A DNA stretch of 64,000 nt from Dehalococcoidia bacterium. GTDB lineage: Bacteria; Chloroflexota; Dehalococcoidia; SZUA-161; SpSt-899. Positions within the stretch are counted from its first letter, which is position 1. Each line of letters opens with the position of its first letter. A model generated the notes under the pieces. That model saw only the letters and a list, made by a program, of their open reading frames with translations, was not told where the DNA came from and searched no databases. Below, in pieces: positions 58,698 to 64,000 of this stretch. Made by a program: the position numbers and the translations under genes. The stretch spans positions 543-64,542 of the forward strand of contig JAQTRE010000003.1 of assembly GCA_028711995.1 (NCBI GenBank), in the 5' to 3' direction.

Positions 58698-58925
58698 ATG
58701 ACTTCAGATGAGGCGAGAGCAATGATTGAAATGCCGCTGGTGAATGTGGAGATATGCAACGGCTGTGGTCTGTGTGTGTCCGCTTGCAGCTGTGGCGCTG
58801 TGGTAATGGTAGCGATGAAAGCAACGATAATAGAATCACAAGACTGCGGATGGTGTACCGTGTGCGAGGCTATTTGTCCTGTTGGAGCTATCAGCTGTCC
58901 CTATGAGATCGTCATTGAGGGTTGA
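58698..58925 (+). CDS. Small 2x[4Fe-4S] ferredoxin
   Basis: CNGCGLCVSAC...CP-like and CGWCTVCEAICP motifs. 75 aa. Confidence 0.7.
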   Translation: MTSDEARAMIEMPLVNVEICNGCGLCVSACSCGAVVMVAMKATIIESQDCGWCTVCEAICPVGAISCPYEIVIEG

Positions 58926-58971
58926 AGTGAGTATCAATAAATAACGCGGCCTGTGTTTTGTCACCGTCTCC

Positions 58972-58997
58972 GGCGACCCGTAAGGGTCGCTTTTTTT
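58972..58997 (+). terminator. Rho-independent terminator after the ferredoxin gene
   Basis: gcgacccgtaagggtcgc followed by ttttttt. Confidence 0.7.
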
Positions 58998-59161
58998 ATC
59001 TCATATCGCTCGAGGGATTCATTGCCCGGCACCCTTAAAATACTCCGCAATGCCTCTTCAATATCTATAACAAAGCCATTATCAACTTTGCGACAAAAGT
59101 CACATCCATGAACCCCGCCCTGCTTTAGAATGAATCAGACTTCCAAAAGAGGAGGTGCCCC

Positions 59162-59407
59162 ATGACACAGACGACATTGACTGAACCAGCTGAGACGAGG
59201 CCCAAAGGGAATTGTGTCCACCATTGGATCATAGAGCCGCCGGAGGGTGAGGTCAGCAAAGGGGTATGCAAGATTTGCGGGACGGAAAAGGAATTCAAGA
59301 ATCATCTCGCCTGCTCAGCTTGGGATAACGAATCGCCAAGGTTCTCGCGGAGGAGAGTCGGCGGCGAATCTAAGAGGGACGATACTCATTCGGAGAGGGG
59401 GAGCTAA
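59162..59407 (+). CDS. Small CxxH..CxxC putative zinc-binding protein (hypothetical)
   Basis: GNCVHHW...GVCKICGTEKEF. 81 aa with a strong AAGAGGAGG RBS. Confidence 0.45.
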   Translation: MTQTTLTEPAETRPKGNCVHHWIIEPPEGEVSKGVCKICGTEKEFKNHLACSAWDNESPRFSRRRVGGESKRDDTHSERGS

Positions 59408-59409
59408 AA

Positions 59410-59589
59410 ATGGGCGAGATAAAGAGATGCCCCAGATGTGATGGCAACGTTTTTATGGAATGGGACTATGGGGATGGCGATTGGTACGAATATTGCCTGC
59501 AATGCAGTTACCGTCATTATTTGCCTGCCGTAGTGAAAGTTCCCCGGAAATTGATCAAGGGAGGAAGGAAGAAACGGAGTCTTCGATAA
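59410..59589 (+). CDS. Small zinc-ribbon protein, 59 aa (hypothetical)
   Basis: Not in the ORF track because it is under 60 aa. Manual translation gives MGEIKRCPRCDGNVFMEWDYGDGDWYEYCLQCSYRHYLPAVVKVPRKLIKGGRKKRSLR, with CPRC...CLQC and a basic tail. It starts 3 nt after the previous ORF stop, with GGAGAGGGGGAG immediately upstream. Confidence 0.45.
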   Translation: MGEIKRCPRCDGNVFMEWDYGDGDWYEYCLQCSYRHYLPAVVKVPRKLIKGGRKKRSLR

Positions 59590-59737
59590 GAGGGACATGG
59601 CGTCTGTCACGCTGGCCGGGAATCTAGCGGGAGAGCTTCAGGGAATGATGAGGCCTTTTGGCATATACCCAAGTGGAAAAATGCCGAGCAACCGATTAAA
59701 CTTAATCCCATGATGCTATCCCGTTGAGGTGAAAGCG

Positions 59738-60730
59738 ATGGACTATAAGGATTATTACAAAGTCATGGGCGTTGACAAGAACGCCAACGAGAAGGATATC
59801 AAGAAGACTTATCGCAAGCTGGCGCGCCAGTACCACCCGGATGTAAACCCCGGCAACAAGAGTGCAGAGGCTAAATTCAAGGAAATTAATGAAGCCTATG
59901 AGGTGCTGGGCGATGCCGAGAAGCGTAAGAAATACGACCAGCTGGGTGCCAATTGGCAACAGTACGAACAATGGGAACGGGCGGGGGGCGGTGCACAGGG
60001 CCAGCCGTTTGACTGGAGCCAATATGGATTCAGACCCGGCGGAGCCGGGCAGACCCGGCAGCAATATCGGACGATGACGCAGGAGGAAATGCAAGACCTC
60101 TTCGGGTCAGCGGGCGGCGGCGGAGGCTTCTCCGACTTCTTCTCCACGTTTTTCGGTGGTGCTCCCGGCGGAGAGCCCAGAAGACAACACCGGCCGGCCC
60201 CTCGAAAGGGGGGTGATATCGAGCAACCAGTGGAAATCACTCTGGAAGAGGCTTTTCGTGGGACAAGCCGAGCCTTTCAGATGAGCAACCCCGATGGCAC
60301 AACCAAGACTATCGAAGCCAAGATCCCGTCGGGAACAAGAAGCGGCTCGCGGATCAAGCTCAAAGGGCAAGGGGGACCGGGAGTCAGCGGAGGGCCAGCC
60401 GGAGACATCTATCTTTCAATTCAAATTCAGCCTCATCCCACCTTTGAGTTAAAAGGGGATGACCTTTATACCAAGATACCGGTTTCTCTCACCACAGCGG
60501 TTCTGGGGGGAGAGGTCGACGTCAACACCATGGCTGGCGCTCTAAAACTGAAAATTCCTGCCGAGACTCAGAACGGCAAGACCTTTCGCCTTAAAAGCAA
60601 GGGAATGCCCAGCATGAAACACCCGGATCAGAAAGGCGATCTATACGCTGAAGTGCGAGTTGTATTGCCGCAGGGACTTTCGGAAAAGGAGCGGGACATT
60701 TTCAGAGAACTGGCCAAAATCAGAGAGTGA
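59738..60730 (+). CDS. cbpA: J-domain co-chaperone, CbpA/DnaJ class II-like (J domain, G/F region, two C-terminal substrate-binding domains, no Cys-rich zinc-finger)
   Basis: [33 protein letters not shown] (HPD J-domain). Gly/Phe-rich linker. No CxxCxGxG repeats. Confidence 0.8.
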   Translation: MDYKDYYKVMGVDKNANEKDIKKTYRKLARQYHPDVNPGNKSAEAKFKEINEAYEVLGDAEKRKKYDQLGANWQQYEQWERAGGGAQGQPFDWSQYGFRPGGAGQTRQQYRTMTQEEMQDLFGSAGGGGGFSDFFSTFFGGAPGGEPRRQHRPAPRKGGDIEQPVEITLEEAFRGTSRAFQMSNPDGTTKTIEAKIPSGTRSGSRIKLKGQGGPGVSGGPAGDIYLSIQIQPHPTFELKGDDLYTKIPVSLTTAVLGGEVDVNTMAGALKLKIPAETQNGKTFRLKSKGMPSMKHPDQKGDLYAEVRVVLPQGLSEKERDIFRELAKIRE

Positions 60731-60788
60731 TTTTAGATTCCTCTCCCTTGACGGAGGATGAGAAATCTGGAGAGAGGAGACACATTAT

Positions 60789-63374
60789 ATGAACCTAAAC
60801 AAATTCACTGAAAGAGCCCAGGAAGCAATCCTGAACTCCCAGAAGCTTGCGGAGGACCAGCATCACACCCAGATGGAGGTGGAGCACCTTTTGCTGGCGC
60901 TCTTGAATCAGGCGGAGGGCGTAGCGCCGCAGATTCTCAGCAAGCTGGGGATGAATATCGAAGAGATCAAAAGAGAGATTGAATCCGAACTCTCCAATCA
61001 GCCCCAGGCCTATGGAGTAACACAGGTTTACATGTCCCAGAGACTGAAGCAGGTTTTCGATCACGCTGAAAAAGAAGCCGAGCGGCTGAAGGATGACTAC
61101 GTCAGCACCGAACACCTGTTAATCGCCATTGCAGACGAGCCTGGAAAGGGAGCCTCCGGTAGAATTCTGAAGCAACGAGGCGTGACCAAGGATAGCATCT
61201 ACGGTGTGCTGACCAGCATCCGAGGGCATCAGCGGGTCACCGACCCGAATCCGGAAGGCAAATATCAGGCGCTGGAAAAGTATGGCCGGGACCTGACGGA
61301 GATGGCCCGGCGAGGCAAACTGGATCCGGTGATCGGCCGGGATGAAGAAATTCGCCGGGTGATCCAGGTTCTCTCACGCCGCACCAAGAACAATCCGGTG
61401 CTTATCGGCGAGCCGGGAGTGGGCAAAACCGCTATTGTGGAAGGCCTGGCCGGACGAATCATCAAAAAGGATGTGCCGGAAGGACTCAAGGATAAGCGGG
61501 TAGTGGCCCTCGATATCGGAGCGCTTGTTGCCGGGGCCAAATACCGCGGAGAATTCGAGGAACGGCTCAAGGCCGTCTTGAAAGAGGTGCTGGAAGCAGA
61601 GGGGAAAGTTCTGCTATTTATCGACGAACTGCACACAGTCGTCGGGGCAGGAGCGGCTGAGGGAGCGATGGATGCCTCCAACATGCTCAAGCCCATGCTG
61701 GCTCGCGGCGAACTGCACTGTATCGGTGCAACCACACTCAACGAGTACCGCAAGCACATCGAGAAGGATGCGGCGCTCGAAAGGCGTTTCCAGCCTGTGC
61801 TGGTGAATGAGCCGACGGTCGAGGATACGATCAGCATTTTAAGAGGACTCCGAGAGCGCTATGAAGTCCACCATGGCATCAAGATCAAAGATTCGGCGAT
61901 GGTTGCAGCTGCCGTCCTTTCCCATCGATACATCAGTGATCGGTTTCTGCCGGATAAGGCCATCGATCTGGTGGATGAGGCCGCGTCCAAGCTTCGCATG
62001 GAGATCGATAGCCTGCCGGTGGAACTCGATGAAGTCCAGCGACGTACAATGCAACTGGAGATCGAGCGGGAGGCGCTCAAGAAAGAAAAGGACGCAGCCT
62101 CAAAGGAACGATTGGGAAATCTGGAAAAAGAGCTTGCTGACCTCAAGGAGGAAGGCAGCCGACTCAGAGCGCAATGGCAGAAGGAAAAGGATGCCATCCA
62201 GGCCATCGGGCAAATCAAGGAAAAGATCGAGCAGGCCGGTGTGGAGGTGGAGCGAGCCGAGAGAATGGCCGACTTGGCAAAGGCGGCGCAGCTCCGCTAT
62301 GGAACCCTGGTCGATCTGGAAAAACAGCTCAAATCAAGCGAGTCCAAACTGGCCGAGATGCAGCGCGATAAGCAGATGCTGAAGGAAGAAGTAGATGAAG
62401 AGGACATCGCCGAGATCGTCAGCCGGTGGACGCACATTCCGGTGAGCCGGTTGGTAGAAGGCGAAATCCAGAAGCTGCTTCATATGGAAGAACGGCTCCA
62501 CCGGCGCGTAGTAGGACAGGATGAAGGAATCCGGGCAGTAAGCAATGCGATTCGGCGGGCGCGAGCCGGACTGCAGGACCCGAATCGGCCGCTGGGGAGC
62601 TTCATTTTCCTTGGCCCGACAGGCGTTGGCAAAACGGAGCTTGCCCGAGCTCTGGCCGAGTTTCTCTTCGATGACGAACAGGCGATGATCCGGCTGGACA
62701 TGTCGGAATACATGGAGAAGCACACCGTATCACGGCTCATCGGCGCGCCGCCGGGGTACGTGGGCTATGACGAAGGCGGACAGTTGACAGAAGCTGTACG
62801 GCGCAAGCCATATTCGGTGGTCCTCTTCGACGAGATTGAAAAGGCGCATGGCGATGTGTTCAACGTCCTTTTGCAGATCCTCGATGACGGTCGGCTGACC
62901 GATGGCCACGGGCGAACGGTCGATTTCAAGAACACGGCGGTCATCATGACGTCCAATATCGGCAGCCAGTGGTTTACCGAGGTCGGGGCTATCGGCGAAG
63001 CGGATATCAGAAAGCACATTATGGAGGCGCTCAGAACGCACTTTCGTCCCGAGTTTCTCAACCGGGTGGATGAGATCGTCATCTTTCATGCGCTGGGCCG
63101 GGAGCACATCGAGAAGATCGTCGATATTCAGCTTCGGACACTGAGCAAACGCCTGGCGGAACGGCACATGACAATTGAACTGACCGACGGCGCCAAAGAC
63201 CTGATCGTCTCCGAGGGGTTCGATCCGACATATGGGGCCCGGCCTTTGAAGCGCACGCTGCAACGACGTGTGCTTGATCCACTGGCGCTCAGGATTTTGG
63301 AAGGCGCTTTCATGGATGGGGACAGGATAACGGTTGATTCTGCCGGCGGCGAAGTGGTGTTCCGCAAAGCGTAA
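60789..63374 (+). CDS. clpB: Chaperone ClpB (disaggregase with long coiled-coil M-domain)
   Basis: 861 aa. Clp_N, NBD1 ([15 protein letters not shown]), an M-domain coiled coil of about 120 aa (..[30 protein letters not shown]..), NBD2 ([15 protein letters not shown]), ..[12 protein letters not shown]. Confidence 0.9.
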   Translation: MNLNKFTERAQEAILNSQKLAEDQHHTQMEVEHLLLALLNQAEGVAPQILSKLGMNIEEIKREIESELSNQPQAYGVTQVYMSQRLKQVFDHAEKEAERLKDDYVSTEHLLIAIADEPGKGASGRILKQRGVTKDSIYGVLTSIRGHQRVTDPNPEGKYQALEKYGRDLTEMARRGKLDPVIGRDEEIRRVIQVLSRRTKNNPVLIGEPGVGKTAIVEGLAGRIIKKDVPEGLKDKRVVALDIGALVAGAKYRGEFEERLKAVLKEVLEAEGKVLLFIDELHTVVGAGAAEGAMDASNMLKPMLARGELHCIGATTLNEYRKHIEKDAALERRFQPVLVNEPTVEDTISILRGLRERYEVHHGIKIKDSAMVAAAVLSHRYISDRFLPDKAIDLVDEAASKLRMEIDSLPVELDEVQRRTMQLEIEREALKKEKDAASKERLGNLEKELADLKEEGSRLRAQWQKEKDAIQAIGQIKEKIEQAGVEVERAERMADLAKAAQLRYGTLVDLEKQLKSSESKLAEMQRDKQMLKEEVDEEDIAEIVSRWTHIPVSRLVEGEIQKLLHMEERLHRRVVGQDEGIRAVSNAIRRARAGLQDPNRPLGSFIFLGPTGVGKTELARALAEFLFDDEQAMIRLDMSEYMEKHTVSRLIGAPPGYVGYDEGGQLTEAVRRKPYSVVLFDEIEKAHGDVFNVLLQILDDGRLTDGHGRTVDFKNTAVIMTSNIGSQWFTEVGAIGEADIRKHIMEALRTHFRPEFLNRVDEIVIFHALGREHIEKIVDIQLRTLSKRLAERHMTIELTDGAKDLIVSEGFDPTYGARPLKRTLQRRVLDPLALRILEGAFMDGDRITVDSAGGEVVFRKA

Positions 63375-63411
63375 AACAAAAGGGCAATCTGCTTCTGTTC
63401 ATTACAAACAA

Positions 63412-63450
63412 AACGAGGGCTGGTCGGCTTGACCAGCCCTCGTTTACATT
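63412..63450. terminator. Bidirectional rho-independent terminator between clpB and fabH
   Basis: aaacgagggctggtcggcttgaccagccctcgttt: 12-bp stem, A-tract 5' and T-tract 3'. Confidence 0.7.
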
Positions 63451-63465
63451 CCGCCGATGTTTGAT

Positions 63466-64000
63466 TTACAGGACCGCCGCGATGATGCCTCCGCTCCAGC
63501 CGGCAGCCCCGCCGATCAGGAGAACTTTGTCTCCTCGCTGAACCCGACCGGCCTCCATTGCCTCCGCCAGGGCGATAGGAATGCTCGCTGCTGCCGTGTT
63601 GCCATATTTGTTGACGGTAACCACGACTCTCTCCCGGGGAAGCGCCGCCATTTTGCTGATCCTATCGATGAGCTGAATTGTCACCTGATGGGGTACGACC
63701 AGGTCCAACTCTTCGCTTCGCCAGCCCGCCTTCTGAAGCGCCGTTCTGATGGCTCCCGGCAAATTCTTCATCGTCATCTTGGCGATTTCGAGGCTGTCGG
63801 AGAGGAAGTATTCCTTGGAAGGGTCCCGAGGATGGCAGGTGCCTCCACCCAGGACAGTGGCATAGGGCCATCCAGAGCCGTCCGACGTAAAGTGACTGGC
63901 GCGGATTCCCCTCCCATCATCATCACCCGCCTTGATGACCATCGCTCCCCCGCCGTCTCCTAAGGTAAGTCCGGCCAGCCCCAGCTTCATGTCTTCGAGG
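63466..64000 (-). CDS. fabH: 3-oxoacyl-ACP synthase III (FabH / KAS III family), C-terminal part, gene continues past the window end
   Basis: ..VNKYGNTAAASIPIALAEA..., ..GGGFTWGS-like C-terminus (LIGGAAGWSGGIIAAV). Confidence 0.8.
   Translation of the reverse strand, partial: LEDMKLGLAGLTLGDGGGAMVIKAGDDDGRGIRASHFTSDGSGWPYATVLGGGTCHPRDPSKEYFLSDSLEIAKMTMKNLPGAIRTALQKAGWRSEELDLVVPHQVTIQLIDRISKMAALPRERVVVTVNKYGNTAAASIPIALAEAMEAGRVQRGDKVLLIGGAAGWSGGIIAAVL

Noticed and set aside
61265-63263. Several 100-190-aa minus-strand ORFs inside clpB (and a plus-frame 61861-62382 ORF)
   Set aside because: Shadow or alternative-frame ORFs within a confidently identified ClpB gene.
1-64000. CRISPR arrays, rRNA or tRNA genes
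   Set aside because: No regularly spaced direct repeats with unique spacers, and no stretches with rRNA-like conservation or tRNA cloverleaf signatures in the intergenic regions examined. The ribosomal-protein operon here lacks embedded tRNAs.

Overview
This 64-kb window is a gene-dense bacterial chromosomal segment. Coordinates inside intergenic regions are approximate (a few nt), because I could not run an aligner.

Layout:
- **Left half, housekeeping and regulatory genes:** purF-purM; a stand-alone anaerobic CO dehydrogenase catalytic subunit (cooS) divergent from a HisKA_3/NarL two-component pair; a heat-shock hspR-clpC operon; a membrane H+/Na+-pyrophosphatase; an MCP-cheW chemotaxis pair preceded by a decayed cheW duplicate inside an unusual 1.6-kb non-coding gap; thiE, rnhB, yraN; proB and proA split by two inserted genes; rnc, ftsY, dnaE.
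- **Centre, the most interesting locus (30.5-37.3 kb):** a compact accessory-looking cluster of a small HTH gene, a SpeH-type AdoMet decarboxylase, a fold-III PLP decarboxylase, lysine 2,3-aminomutase (KamA), two tandem Ddl-like ATP-grasp ligases, a GNAT acetyltransferase and a NagB-like deaminase. I read this as a candidate pathway for a beta-lysine-derived small molecule. It extends beyond the known two-gene N-epsilon-acetyl-beta-lysine (ablAB) system.
- **Right half:** the canonical str/S10/spc/alpha ribosomal-protein superoperon on the minus strand, rpsL through rpsI. tuf is missing between fusA and rpsJ. rpmJ was found by hand translation. truA sits between rplQ and rplM. A small coupled ORF lies between rplC and rplD.
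- **Right end:** a Crp-family regulator, a small 2x[4Fe-4S] ferredoxin, two small CxxC proteins, a cbpA/dnaJ-like gene with clpB, and a partial fabH.

Two families of short structured intergenic repeats were also found, one of them forming a MITE-like inverted pair in the dnaE promoter region. No rRNA, tRNA or CRISPR array was seen.
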